Positions 1-10,208 of a DNA stretch of 64,000 nt are shown here, in pieces (positions within the stretch are counted from its first letter, which is position 1; each line of letters opens with the position of its first letter). Position numbers and translations under genes: made by a program. Source of the DNA: Anaerohalosphaeraceae bacterium (GTDB lineage Bacteria; Planctomycetota; Phycisphaerae; Sedimentisphaerales; Anaerohalosphaeraceae). The notes below the pieces were generated by a model that saw nothing but the letters and a program-made list of their open reading frames with translations, searched no databases and was not told the DNA's origin. The DNA lies in the NCBI GenBank assembly GCA_963675525.2, contig CAXXSL010000016.1, forward strand, positions 704,001 through 768,000, written 5' to 3'.

Positions 1-2146
1 CGCTTCATTACCGTCTTCGGCAATCGTTACATCCACCCCCAGTCTGTTTAACTGAAGCATCAACAGTTTTCGATTGCTCGGATGATCTTCGGCAAGAAGA
101 ATATGGCCCGAAAAAACAGGGTCTGAAGGGTCGGATATCTTGTCCAGTGAATTCACATAATGATACTTATCATACCGCGATGAAGAATGGAATTCGACCC
201 CGGCCGGTATTCTAAGGGTAAAAACAGAGCCTCTGCCTGACTCGCTGACAAGAGAGACCGTTCCGTCCAGCATTTCTGCAAGTCGCTTTGTGATAGACAA
301 CCCAAGACCTGTGCCGCCGAATTTGCGACAGATGTCGCCTTTTGCCTGAGTAAATAATTCAAATACTTTATCCTGCTCTTCGGGCTCAATTCCAATACCC
401 GTATCCTCAATGTCAAAGCGGATGTACGATTGAGATTCCGTTTCCTCAATCGATACATTCAAATAGACATGTCCCTTTTCCGTAAATTTTATCGCATTGC
501 CAACTAGATTTACGAGGCATTGTCGCAAGCGATGTGAGTCTGTATAAATCTGCGAGGGCAATTGTCCGCACTGTAAGATATCAAACTTTAACGACTTTTT
601 TATGGCCGCAGGGCGAAGAATCGAATCAATTTCATCAAGTGTCCGTCCCAGGTCGGATTCGCGTATGACGACATCAAGTTTCCCCGCCTCAATTTTTGAA
701 TAATCCAGAATATCATTGATCAAATGAAGCAGGTGTTTGCTGCTGTCAGAAATGTTGATTAAATAATCCCGCTGTTTCTCTGTGGGCCGATCTTTCAATA
801 AAAGTTCGCCAAATCCTATGATCGCATTCATCGGCGTGCGGATTTCGTGGCTCATGCTTGCAAGGAACCGGCTTTTGGCCTGACTTGCCGACTGTGCCTC
901 CTCTTTGGCCCGTTTCAGTAATATCTCGGCCAATTCACGCGTATTGGCCATGCTGTTAAAAGACTCCGCCAACTGTCCGATCTCGTCTTTTGATTTGATT
1001 TTCACCCGGGCCGAAATATCACCTCTCGCCATTTCCGCGATCGTAGCCCGAAGTTTCGAAATCGGCCCCAGGATGCCTTTAGAAACAAATATACCAACGA
1101 TGGCCGCAAATAACACAGACGCTGCCAAAAGCCCAATTATTGTGTTTCTCAGTTTGACAACGGGGGAAAATAGTTCCTTTGTGCTATTATTGATCACCAG
1201 TCTCCATCCCAAACCGGCATATTCTTTATAACCCGATGAATGAGCATGAGCAAAGAGTATTTGATCTCCGCCAAATTGATCGTGATGAAATTGATACAAA
1301 AAATATGGCGGGACTTGATTATCAGTTTTGCCCCGTAAATGAGCGGCCAGTTCCTTTGGCAGAAAATCAGAAAATCCCTTCTCACATGTCGAATAAATGA
1401 TATTTAAATCTTTATCGAGCAATATGAATTCGGTTTTTTGCTTATACGATCTCTCCTTGGCGAGGGCGTCTTTAATAATACCAACAGACTCTTCGATATT
1501 TGTAACAACTTTCATAACCCCAAGAAAATCCCCGTTGGCATCCTCGATCCGTAAACAAAGAGCGACCGAATACACTTCCGCACTGTCATCATATTCAACG
1601 TCCTCGACATACACGCCGTTTTCTTTTGCCGTTTGCCACCAGCTTTCATCCGCCTGGTAATAATCGGTCGTTTTTTTCGCTTTGAGCAACGTTGACGCCA
1701 TATTTATTCGTTACAATGATCTCTCCGATCACTTTGTAACCATATTGATCTTCATAAAAGGTTGTGACTTTTCTTAATTCTTCCGACGCTTCATTCGTGA
1801 TCAATCCATACATAAAATCCGTCACTTCTGATTTCGGTACGGAGGTCCAATCCTGATCTTTTTCCTGAATATAAGCCTGTCTGTCGCCATGAAGATCAAA
1901 TTCTTGATTTGATTTTATCAGGGCTTGCTGAGTGACGGCATTTTTGCTGTAAATTTGAAATGCTTCTATTTTGGCGTAAATACTTCTGTCAATACTGTCT
2001 AGCATTTCGGCCGTTAATGAACTGTACCCCTGACCAATTCTTGTCTGCAACGCTTCTTTCAGGATATCATAAGAGATATATCCGGTAACTGCTATCAGCA
2101 ATACAATAACGGTGAATCCACCGATCAACTTTTGTTTAATTGTCAT
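1..2146 (-). pseudogene. Hybrid sensor histidine kinase (TM-Cache-like sensor-TM-HAMP-HisKA-HATPase-REC), split by a 1-nt frameshift; runs off the left edge
   Basis: ORF 1646..2146 continues after the T7 run (1671-1677) in another frame as TTDYYQADESWW...KDEIGQLAESFNSM...FLASMSHEIRTPMNAI...NLVGNAIKFT...GGTGLGLSI...ILLAEDHPSNRKL, open to position 1. Confidence 0.85.
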
Positions 2147-2348
2147 CTTTCGTATCCAAAATAAACCAGCAAATAAGACTTATAAGGTTCTTCGCTATTC
2201 GATTTATCGACTGAAGAAAAACGCTGAATAACTTTAATCCTGAGGTTTAGCCTAATATGCTATTTTATGGCTGTTCTCGAATTGTCGCCGTCTCTTTGTC
2301 CCGTTCATTATCGGACAATGGCTGGCTGTAGAAAAGGGGATGCCGGAC

Positions 2349-3749
2349 TTAAACAGCCTGTATTCCGGCCAGCAGGGCACGGGCCTTGGTCAGCGTTTCA
2401 ACCCACTCTTCAAGCGGCGCCGAGTCGGTGACGATACCGCCGCCGGTCTGGACAGTCGCGCTGTTGCCTTTGATGAGAATCGTGCGGATCGCAATATTCC
2501 AGCACAGATCGAAATTGACGCCGATCCAGCCGATGCTGCCGGTATAAACACTGCGGGCCGTCGGTTCCAGTTCGTCAATGATCTCCATGGAGCGGATCTT
2601 CGGCGCCCCGGTGATCGACCCGCCGGGAAATGTTGCTTTTAAAATATCGACAATTCGCTGCGGGCCGGGTTTTTCGCGTAACTTCCCTTCAACAATTCCG
2701 GCAGCATGATAGACTGTCGGGAATGCTTCGATCTGACGGGCGCAGGTAACATGGCGGGTCCCGGGAATACAAATCCGCGCCAAATCGTTTCGCTCAAGGT
2801 CAACGATCATCGCCAGTTCGGCCTGGTCTTTTTCACTTTTGACCAACGCGTTGAAACACGTGTGATTTTCCGGTGCTTCGTCGCCCAGCAGCGGATTCCG
2901 TCGGCGTGTGCCCTTGATGGGCCGTGTCTGGATCGCATCGCCCTGCACTTCTAAAAACAACTCCGGCGAGGCGCTGACCACCGCCTTGTCATCCCACGAC
3001 AGAAACCCCGCATAGGGACTGGGGTTAAATTGATTCTGCCAATGATACAGATCGACCGCCCGGCCGCCGAAGGCGGATTCAAACCGCTGTGAAAAATTGA
3101 TCTGATAGGTCTCGCCGTCAATGATATACTGTTTGATCTTCGTCAGGGCCTCAAGATATTGAGCCTGTGTCATATTGCATGTGAATGCATCGATGTTGAC
3201 ACTTTCCATGTCGATCCGTCGCGGCTCAACAATCGAATGCACCTTCGCCTCATCGATCCAGTTTTTCAATACGCGGAACTTTTCTTCAACACCAACCGGA
3301 TCGCCCTGTATCTGGAGTGCGACAAGCGTAAATACCTTTTCATCGTGATGATACAGAATCGCCTTGTCATAAAACGCCAGCCGGATGACCGGCAGACCCA
3401 TATCATCAACCGCCCTTCCGGGGAGCTTTTCAATAAACCGCCCCAGCTCATACCCAAAATACCCGATCCACCCCCCGTAAAAAAAGGGGTCAGACCCCTT
3501 TTTCTCTTCTGAATGGTATTTTGATAAGACGGCTTGAAGTTTTTCAAACGGCCTCTCGTCATTCAGAGTAAACTCAAATACCTCCACCGGCTCTGCGGCA
3601 AAAATACTATAGCCGCGAACAGATTCATTGCCCCCGAGAATCGCCGGATCGTTCTTTTGTGAAATGGCCTCTGTCAAAGCAGGCAGACCCGCGGAGGTCT
3701 CCGCCGTCCGGAAATGCGGTATGCAGGTAATGGGTTTATTGGTTTCCAT
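2349..3749 (-). CDS. pabB: Aminodeoxychorismate synthase component I (anthranilate synthase I family)
   Basis: GETYQINFSQRF, SASPELFL, PIKGT, MIVDLERNDL, FPGGSITGAPK, AIRT motifs; start moved to the ATG overlapping the deoC end. Confidence 0.85.
   Translation of the reverse strand: METNKPITCIPHFRTAETSAGLPALTEAISQKNDPAILGGNESVRGYSIFAAEPVEVFEFTLNDERPFEKLQAVLSKYHSEEKKGSDPFFYGGWIGYFGYELGRFIEKLPGRAVDDMGLPVIRLAFYDKAILYHHDEKVFTLVALQIQGDPVGVEEKFRVLKNWIDEAKVHSIVEPRRIDMESVNIDAFTCNMTQAQYLEALTKIKQYIIDGETYQINFSQRFESAFGGRAVDLYHWQNQFNPSPYAGFLSWDDKAVVSASPELFLEVQGDAIQTRPIKGTRRRNPLLGDEAPENHTCFNALVKSEKDQAELAMIVDLERNDLARICIPGTRHVTCARQIEAFPTVYHAAGIVEGKLREKPGPQRIVDILKATFPGGSITGAPKIRSMEIIDELEPTARSVYTGSIGWIGVNFDLCWNIAIRTILIKGNSATVQTGGGIVTDSAPLEEWVETLTKARALLAGIQAV
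3481..3503. repeat. REP-like palindrome AAAAAGGGGTC-A-GACCCCTTTTT inside pabB (encodes KKGSDPFF)
   Basis: 11-bp arms around a 1-nt centre; resembles GGGGTCwGACCCC-type REPs. Confidence 0.6.
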
Positions 3750-4431
3750 TGGCCGCAATGAATTCTTCCATGATCTGTACCGATGCCGACGCCCCGATAC
3801 GCGTCGCACCCGCTTCAATAAACGCCAGTGTTTGAGCCAGCGTCTTGATTCCTCCGGCGGCTTTTATTTTGCAGCGCGGCGCCGCTTCGGCCATCAGTTT
3901 CACATCATCAACCTGCGCCCCGCCGGCTTCATGATAGCCCGTGCTGGTCTTGAGAAAATCCACGCCCGTCTGCTGCCCAACGCCGCACACAAAACGAATT
4001 TGTTCATCACTCAATGCCGCCGATTCAATGATCACCTTCAGCGCCACCGGCGGCTTCATCGCTTGGCAAACATCCAGAACGGCAACAAAATCAGCACGCA
4101 AAGCATCCTCATCGCCGTTCAAAACCGCCGTTGGATTCGCAACGATATCCACTTCGTCAACCCCGGCCATGATAACTGCATGGGCCTGCGATGCCTTAAC
4201 TTCCGGCGGCTCGGTCCCGAGCGGAAACCCCGCCACCGAAACAACCTGAACGTCCGTCCCATGCAGAATATCCGCACACAGCGACACCCATCGCGGACGC
4301 ACACACACCGCATAAAAACCGTACTCCAAAGCCTCATCGCAATGCCGACGAATATCCGCCTGGCCCGCTGCCTCATCCAGCAGCGTATGATCAAAATACA
4401 ATGCCAGTGCCTCTTTTGTCTGCGGTATCAA
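3736..4431 (-). CDS. deoC: Deoxyribose-phosphate aldolase
   Basis: DHTLL, GFPLG, EVDIV, LKVIIE, FLKTSTG, IKAAGGI, RIGAS motifs. Confidence 0.95.
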   Translation of the reverse strand: MIPQTKEALALYFDHTLLDEAAGQADIRRHCDEALEYGFYAVCVRPRWVSLCADILHGTDVQVVSVAGFPLGTEPPEVKASQAHAVIMAGVDEVDIVANPTAVLNGDEDALRADFVAVLDVCQAMKPPVALKVIIESAALSDEQIRFVCGVGQQTGVDFLKTSTGYHEAGGAQVDDVKLMAEAAPRCKIKAAGGIKTLAQTLAFIEAGATRIGASASVQIMEEFIAANGNQ

Positions 4432-4449
4432 AATCTACTCCCTGCAAAA

Positions 4450-5550
4450 TTATTCAAACAACTTATCGGTTTTGTATTCATATTCTTGTTCGAAATAGCT
4501 GATTGCTTCTTCGGGCGAGCGGAAAATTTTGTTGGCCGTCTGCGTCACAAACACCGACGGCTCCTTCTTCGGCATCCAGATAACATACACCTGCTTGGCG
4601 GCCTCGTGGGCATGCTGCAGTTCCCGTTCGACACCGCTGGACAAAGCCGGCATCCCGTCGGCCAGTTCGGGAATAAAACTGATGATCATATCGGCCTGGT
4701 CGATCAATGCAAAATCGCGTGCGTAGATCTGGCTGTTAATATCCGGCTCGATCTGCCGCACCTCCGCCGCATCCAGTTCAACCGTTTGCCCAAGCACTTC
4801 CACGGCGATCGTTTTCCGCCCCTTATTCTGTGCCTGCTCGGCATAGTACGGCAGATACGCCTCTTCCAGGTCGGCAGGGTCAAAACAGGTCAGGATCGTT
4901 TTCATGCTTGCGCGAAATGCCTCGATCGTTTTCAGCACCTCATTCATCCCCGCCACATGCGTCATCGGAAAACTCAGGTAGGCTTTCTTGCGGCCGGGCT
5001 CGAACGCCAGTTGATAGAACACATCCACCGTCGGGGTTTCGATCCCGCGCGCGACAATATAACACGGCGCGTTTTCATTGGTTCCCTGCTGCATCATTTG
5101 TGTGGCCAGCACCTCTTCTTCGCGCCAGACGATCAGGTCCTTCAGTGTATGCCGGATATGATGCTTCTGCATCAGCCGCAGATGCAGCGGCTCAACCCCG
5201 TCGATCATGCAGATAAACAGGTCGGGCTTGAGTTGGCGCATCTGATAAAAATCAAACGCCGGAAACAGCCCATGCCGCCAGCGAAACGTCGCATGGGTAT
5301 TAACGATGACATGCTCATGGGTTTTTGTTTTGGCGATGATGTCCTTGATGATACTGCGCCGCAATGAATGCAGCCGCTGCAACGAAATATCCAATATCCG
5401 CCCGGCCGCGATCTCCGGCGACTCGGCGTACATCAAATCGCCGACATTGCACAGCAAAATTTCGTGTCCCTGCTTTTTGGCAGACTCGCACACCTGTGCC
5501 AGGTACGGCTTCTTATCAATCCCCACCATGCCTGTGACTACAATGATCAT
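4450..5550 (-). CDS. Archaeal-type adenylate-kinase-like P-loop domain fused to a nucleoside 2-deoxyribosyltransferase/Rcl-like domain
   Basis: N-term IIVVTGMVGIDKK...NVGDLM...VNTHA...LKPD; C-term AYLSFPMT...RDFALIDQADMII...SSGVERELQHA...KQVYV. Confidence 0.65.
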   Translation of the reverse strand: MIIVVTGMVGIDKKPYLAQVCESAKKQGHEILLCNVGDLMYAESPEIAAGRILDISLQRLHSLRRSIIKDIIAKTKTHEHVIVNTHATFRWRHGLFPAFDFYQMRQLKPDLFICMIDGVEPLHLRLMQKHHIRHTLKDLIVWREEEVLATQMMQQGTNENAPCYIVARGIETPTVDVFYQLAFEPGRKKAYLSFPMTHVAGMNEVLKTIEAFRASMKTILTCFDPADLEEAYLPYYAEQAQNKGRKTIAVEVLGQTVELDAAEVRQIEPDINSQIYARDFALIDQADMIISFIPELADGMPALSSGVERELQHAHEAAKQVYVIWMPKKEPSVFVTQTANKIFRSPEEAISYFEQEYEYKTDKLFE

Positions 5551-5564
5551 TGGCGGCCCTTCTG

Positions 5565-6653
5565 TCAGAGATTTTCCAACCGCTGCTGTTTGTCATGCTC
5601 CTGCATCGCCACAACCAGATCGTCCAGTTCGCCCATCATCACCTTATCAAGGCTGTAAAGCGACAAATTGATCCGGTGGTCGGTCACGCGGTTCTGCGGA
5701 AAGTTATACGTGCGAATCCGCTGCGACCGGTCGCCGGAGCCGATCATGCTTTTTCGTGCGCTGGACCGTTCGGCGTTGGCCTTGGCCTGGTAATGTTCAT
5801 ACAGCCGGCTGCGCAGGATGCGATACGCCTTGGCGCGGTTTTTATGCTGGCTGCGTTCGTCCCGCATGCTGACCACAATGCCGGTGGGCACGTGTTCCAG
5901 CCGGATCGCGCTGGCGACCTTGTTGACGTTCTGGCCGCCGGGCCCGCCGGCACAACTGACGTTCTCGATCATGTCGTCCGGGTTGATCTCGATATCGACT
6001 TCTTCGGCCTCCGGCAGCACCGCCACCGTCGCCGCCGAGGTATGCACGCGGCCCTGCGATTCGGTTTCCGGCACGCGCTGCACGCGGTGACCGCCGCCCT
6101 CATAGCCCAGCTTGGCCCAGACGCCGGCGCCCTTGACGTTCAAAATGGCCTCACGAATGCCGCCCATTTCCGTCCCCGAAAAATCCATCACCTCGATCTT
6201 CCAGTGCTGCTTTTCCGCGTAGCGGTTATACATTTCATAAAGGTCCCGGGCGAACAGCGACGCTTCATCGCCGCCGGTGCCGGGGCGGATCTCCATGATC
6301 ACCGAGTCGATCGCCGCATCATCGGCCATCACCAGCGTATCCTGGATCTCTTCCAGCAGCGCCGCCTGCTTGCCGTTCAGCTCTTCGATTTCCTGTTCGG
6401 CCAGCTCGCGGTATTCGGCATCCTGCGCCGGGTCGGCAAGAACAGCGCGGGTCTCGTCGAGCTGGGCGGTGAGTTTTTTGTACTCCCGGTACCGCCGAAC
6501 CAGCGGCATCAGCTTGCCCTGCTCCTTGCTCAGCGGGATCAGTTTGTTCGAGTCGCAGGCGATGGCCGGGTCGTTGATCTGGTTGGCGATCTCCAGACAC
6601 CGGCCGTCCAGTTCCTCAAGTTTTTTCAGAACGGCTGTTTTGGCTTGTGACAT
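5565..6653 (-). CDS. prfA: Peptide chain release factor 1
   Basis: EIRPGTGGDEA, HRVQRVPETESQGRVHTS (PxT), GPGGQNVNK, IRTYNFPQNRVTDHRI. Confidence 0.97.
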   Translation of the reverse strand: MSQAKTAVLKKLEELDGRCLEIANQINDPAIACDSNKLIPLSKEQGKLMPLVRRYREYKKLTAQLDETRAVLADPAQDAEYRELAEQEIEELNGKQAALLEEIQDTLVMADDAAIDSVIMEIRPGTGGDEASLFARDLYEMYNRYAEKQHWKIEVMDFSGTEMGGIREAILNVKGAGVWAKLGYEGGGHRVQRVPETESQGRVHTSAATVAVLPEAEEVDIEINPDDMIENVSCAGGPGGQNVNKVASAIRLEHVPTGIVVSMRDERSQHKNRAKAYRILRSRLYEHYQAKANAERSSARKSMIGSGDRSQRIRTYNFPQNRVTDHRINLSLYSLDKVMMGELDDLVVAMQEHDKQQRLENL

Positions 6654-6751
6654 TGTTGTTGTCTCCGATGCCCGCAGGGCAAAAAAATTACGCTGCCACA
6701 CTTGATCTGTAAATCAAGCTCAACAGCGTAATGGTGTAACGAGCAGGGTAT

Positions 6752-6979
6752 CTACTTGTCAGTTTTTTTCTGGAAGGAATAACCCTTGGCGAACTTCTTG
6801 TTGAAGCGGTCGATACGGCCGGCCGCGTCAACGAACTTCTGCTTGCCCGTGAAGAACGGGTGACACATCGAGCAGATTTCCGCATGGATCTCTTTGGCTG
6901 TGCTGCGCGTCTCGAACGTATTGCCGCAACCACAGCGAACCTTCACAGTATCATATTTCGGATGGATATCTTTTTTCAT
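6752..6979 (-). CDS. rpmE: 50S ribosomal protein L31 (Zn-binding type)
   Basis: MKKDIHPKY...CGCG...[10 protein letters not shown]...[10 protein letters not shown]. Confidence 0.97.
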   Translation of the reverse strand: MKKDIHPKYDTVKVRCGCGNTFETRSTAKEIHAEICSMCHPFFTGKQKFVDAAGRIDRFNKKFAKGYSFQKKTDK

Positions 6980-7276
6980 AGTTTTACCTCATTTTTCAAG
7001 TCAAAAAGGCCACATTAGGCCAATTCCATGAACGAAAGCCCCGTATTATACGGGCAAAAACTCAAAAATCAACCCTTTTCCCGCAAATTTCCCCCAAAAG
7101 CCAAACCCAACCCCGCAGGGGTTAAATAATAGATAATATGCAGGCCGAAGGCCGAAACCCGGGGAAAAGAATTCCTTAAACACCCGCGACCCCAGTGGGT
7201 CGAATAAAACAATCGAAAATCGTCCATCGTCATTCGACAATCAAAACCCGGCCCATCGTCAATCCTTTTCTCTGAC

Positions 7277-7412
7277 ATGTTCTGTAGAAAGAAAAGGTAA
7301 TCCCGGAGGGATGGCAGTATCGTAGCCGGGGGTGTGAACCCCCGGAAAAGATGGCCTCTACCCCACTTAAGCCCCGAAGGGGCGACATAAGTTGAGCTTT
7401 TCTACAGAGCAT
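7277..7412. repeat. Composite REP/MITE-like element: inverted ends ATGyTCTGTAGAAA enclosing three hairpins
   Basis: ATCCCGGAGGGAT (7300-7312), GTAG-CCGGGGGT-GTGA-ACCCCCGG (7322-7345), GCCCCGAAGGGGC (7371-7383); imperfect terminal IRs at about 7277 and 7398. Confidence 0.6.
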
Positions 7413-7529
7413 CTCTGGCACCTTTTATTTGATCGCAATGAATTGTTGCCTGTTAGAGTCGGTCGGTCTATAATGGGGCACTATCAGATCGACGGTCGAT
7501 TTAAGGGATCAGCAGAAAGGGAACGTCCA

Positions 7530-8780
7530 ATGAAAAACGCGAAAAAATTCATGGTTGTGATTGCGGGAATGGTGGTTTTCACCTGTTTGGCAGATGTTTT
7601 GGCGCAGGATTGGCCTCAATGGCGAGGCCCCGGCCGGGATGGTAAACTGACCGGCTTCCTCGAATCTCAGAGCTGGCCCAAGACGCTGACTCAGAAATGG
7701 ACCGTGACGATCGGCTCCGGCGATTCGTCACCCGTCCTGGCCGACGGCAAGCTGTATACCTTCAGCCGTCAGGACCCCAACGAAGTCCTTTACTGCATGG
7801 ATCCGGCAAGCGGCAAGATCCTGTGGGCCGATCACTACCCTGCACAATTTGCCGCCTCAGGCCCCAGCGCACGTCACCCGGGTACCCGCAGCACGCCGGT
7901 TGTCGCCGACAGCAAAATCTGTACGCTGGGAATCGGCGGGATTCTCTCCTGCCTGGATGCCGACTCGGGTGCCGTTCTGTGGCGCAAACAATCCGCCGCA
8001 GACTATCTCGACACGCCCTACCAATTCGAATCCTCCATGTCGCCGCTCGTGGTTGACGGCCTGTGCATTGTGTACATCGGCGGCGACGGTCAGGGCGCGT
8101 TGGTCGCTTTTGATCTGGCCATCGGACAGGCCAAGTGGAAATACGCCGGCGATGCCCCATCGCCTTCTTCGCCGGTCATCATGACCGTTGACGGCGTCCG
8201 GCAGATCGTAACGATGAGCGAAACGGCCGTGATCGGCGTCAGCCTGTCCGACCAAACCCTGCTTTGGAGTGTCCCGTTTAAATCCAGGCCCGTCAATTCA
8301 ACAACGCCTGTGATAGACGGCCAAACAGTGTATGTAACCGGCAATAACATGGGGTTAATGGCACTTAAGATCAGCCAAAGCGACGGTAAATTTACGGCCG
8401 AGACGCTCTGGACAAATACCGACGCAGCGGCCGGATCGCGTTACACGACGCCCATCGCGCGGGATGGGCGGCTGTTTGGCTATGCCTCCAACAACCTGGC
8501 ATGCTATAACGCAAAGAGCGGCGAGATACTTTGGACGGATACCGCTTCCCGGGGCCAGACGGCCGCGATTCTGGATGCCGGCTCCTGCCTGGTTGCCATG
8601 GCGATCAATGGGGAGTTGATCTTTTACCGCCCCGATGAAAAGCAGTATACTGAATTAGCCGTCTACAAGGTCAGCGACACCGAAGTCTGGGCACACCCCA
8701 TCCTCGACGGCAGCCGTATCTTTATCCGGGACAAAGAATCGATCGCCCTCTGGACGATGGACAAAACGTCGCGTCCGTGA
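7530..8780 (+). CDS. Secreted PQQ-binding-like beta-propeller (BamB-like) protein
   Basis: Signal peptide, then DWPQWRGP; repeated SSP...D..G..LW blades. Confidence 0.85.
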   Translation: MKNAKKFMVVIAGMVVFTCLADVLAQDWPQWRGPGRDGKLTGFLESQSWPKTLTQKWTVTIGSGDSSPVLADGKLYTFSRQDPNEVLYCMDPASGKILWADHYPAQFAASGPSARHPGTRSTPVVADSKICTLGIGGILSCLDADSGAVLWRKQSAADYLDTPYQFESSMSPLVVDGLCIVYIGGDGQGALVAFDLAIGQAKWKYAGDAPSPSSPVIMTVDGVRQIVTMSETAVIGVSLSDQTLLWSVPFKSRPVNSTTPVIDGQTVYVTGNNMGLMALKISQSDGKFTAETLWTNTDAAAGSRYTTPIARDGRLFGYASNNLACYNAKSGEILWTDTASRGQTAAILDAGSCLVAMAINGELIFYRPDEKQYTELAVYKVSDTEVWAHPILDGSRIFIRDKESIALWTMDKTSRP

Positions 8781-9011
8781 CAATTTGTTTGATTTGACAA
8801 CCGGGACAATGGAGAAAATTCGGTGCCTGTCCCTAATCTCCCAAACGTGATTGAAACATCAAACCATAAACAAATTGGTATTTTCTCGGAAAAATTTGAT
8901 ATGATGTTGCTTTGTGTCATATTTGTTTTGCGGATTCCTTTGGGTCGATCTCAAGCCCTTCGTCTTGTTCCTTCGCTTTTATATCGTTTTCTTTATTTTT
9001 TCTATTTCCCT

Positions 9012-10169
9012 CTAAAATCCATATTCATAAGCCGCTTCGTACATGGCAACGATGTTTTCAGCGGGGACGCCGGCCTGGATGTTGTGGATGTTGTTGAAGA
9101 CATATCCGCCACCAGGTTTGAAAATTTCCAGATTTTGGCGGACGTGGTCCTTGACCTCAGCGGGCGAAACAAACGGCAAAACGTGCTGAGAGTCGATGCC
9201 GCCGCCCCAGAGGACAATTTTGTCGCCGAACTTGTCTTTGAGCATTCGGGGGTCCATCCCGTCGGCGCTTGTCTGGATGGGATTGAGAATATCGACGCCG
9301 TTGTCGATCAGCTCGGGGATGTAGACCGCACAGCCGCCGCAGGTGTGATACCATATCTTTGCATCCGTCAGCGACTTGATATGCTGGACCAGCGCTTTTT
9401 GTCGCGGCTTGACAATGGTCTTATAAAATGCCGGCTGGAATAACGGGCCGTCCTGACCGGCCAAATCGTCACCGATCATCACAACATCCACCAAGTCTCC
9501 GATTTGCTTCATGAAGCCGGTGTAATAATCCATCCAGTATTTCAGGGTCCGGTCCAGCAGCGCCTCGCAAAACGCCGGATTCTGTATCATATCCATAAAC
9601 CACTGCTCAAGTCCCCGCATGTACCAGCAGTATTCGTAAACCACCCCTCCAATGCCGGTGCAGATGGCATAGGGCGTATCGTTTCGCAGTTGCGCGACCT
9701 CCTTATGCAGGCCTTCGAAACGGGATGGGTCGGAGCCATCGGGAAACGGGTAGTCGTTAAGATCGTCGATGGAGGCTTCGGCGAGCGGATGATGCGAAAT
9801 GTCCATATACATCTGCTGATCGTCGGGCATGGACCAGACAACACCGAACTCATCAGTCAGATCGTGCCAGAGCCGCCCCGCTCGCTGGTTCTGTTTGATG
9901 GACCAGTCGAAGCCTTCGACGCCTTTGGAGCAGACGTAACGGGTATCAACATGGAACCGCTCAAGCACCACCTCACTGGGCTTAGCAAGCTGCTGGACGG
10001 CATCGAGAATGTGGATCTCCTCTTTGAGGCCAAGGTAATCGAGCAGGTCCTCGTAGGCCTTTTTATGGATGCCGGTCTGGAATCCGCCCAGGTCAATCGG
10101 CACGCGGTCGGGCTGTTGATGGTTTAAGGCCATGATGACCCGCTGGCGCGAGGTGATGATTTCTTTCAT
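9012..10169 (-). CDS. Uroporphyrinogen decarboxylase-family protein (MtaA/CmuA-like methyltransferase)
   Basis: PDRVPIDLGG, DEFGVVW, YHTCG, LNPIQ, GGGYVFNNIHNIQ. Confidence 0.85.
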   Translation of the reverse strand: MKEIITSRQRVIMALNHQQPDRVPIDLGGFQTGIHKKAYEDLLDYLGLKEEIHILDAVQQLAKPSEVVLERFHVDTRYVCSKGVEGFDWSIKQNQRAGRLWHDLTDEFGVVWSMPDDQQMYMDISHHPLAEASIDDLNDYPFPDGSDPSRFEGLHKEVAQLRNDTPYAICTGIGGVVYEYCWYMRGLEQWFMDMIQNPAFCEALLDRTLKYWMDYYTGFMKQIGDLVDVVMIGDDLAGQDGPLFQPAFYKTIVKPRQKALVQHIKSLTDAKIWYHTCGGCAVYIPELIDNGVDILNPIQTSADGMDPRMLKDKFGDKIVLWGGGIDSQHVLPFVSPAEVKDHVRQNLEIFKPGGGYVFNNIHNIQAGVPAENIVAMYEAAYEYGF

Positions 10170-10208
10170 AGTCGTTCTCCTTTGCTCTACTGCGACAGAC
10201 GGGTTGAG

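Noticed and set aside
2200..2240. Sigma-28 promoter for the histidine kinase
   Set aside because: -10-like GTCGATAA is present but the -35 spacing does not fit
3628..5367. 579-aa + strand ORF
   Set aside because: Antisense shadow of deoC and the kinase fusion; no recognisable motifs
5550..6650. 366-aa + strand ORF
   Set aside because: Antisense shadow of prfA
8823..9443. 206-aa + strand ORF
   Set aside because: Starts in a REP-like motif and is mostly antisense to the URO-D gene
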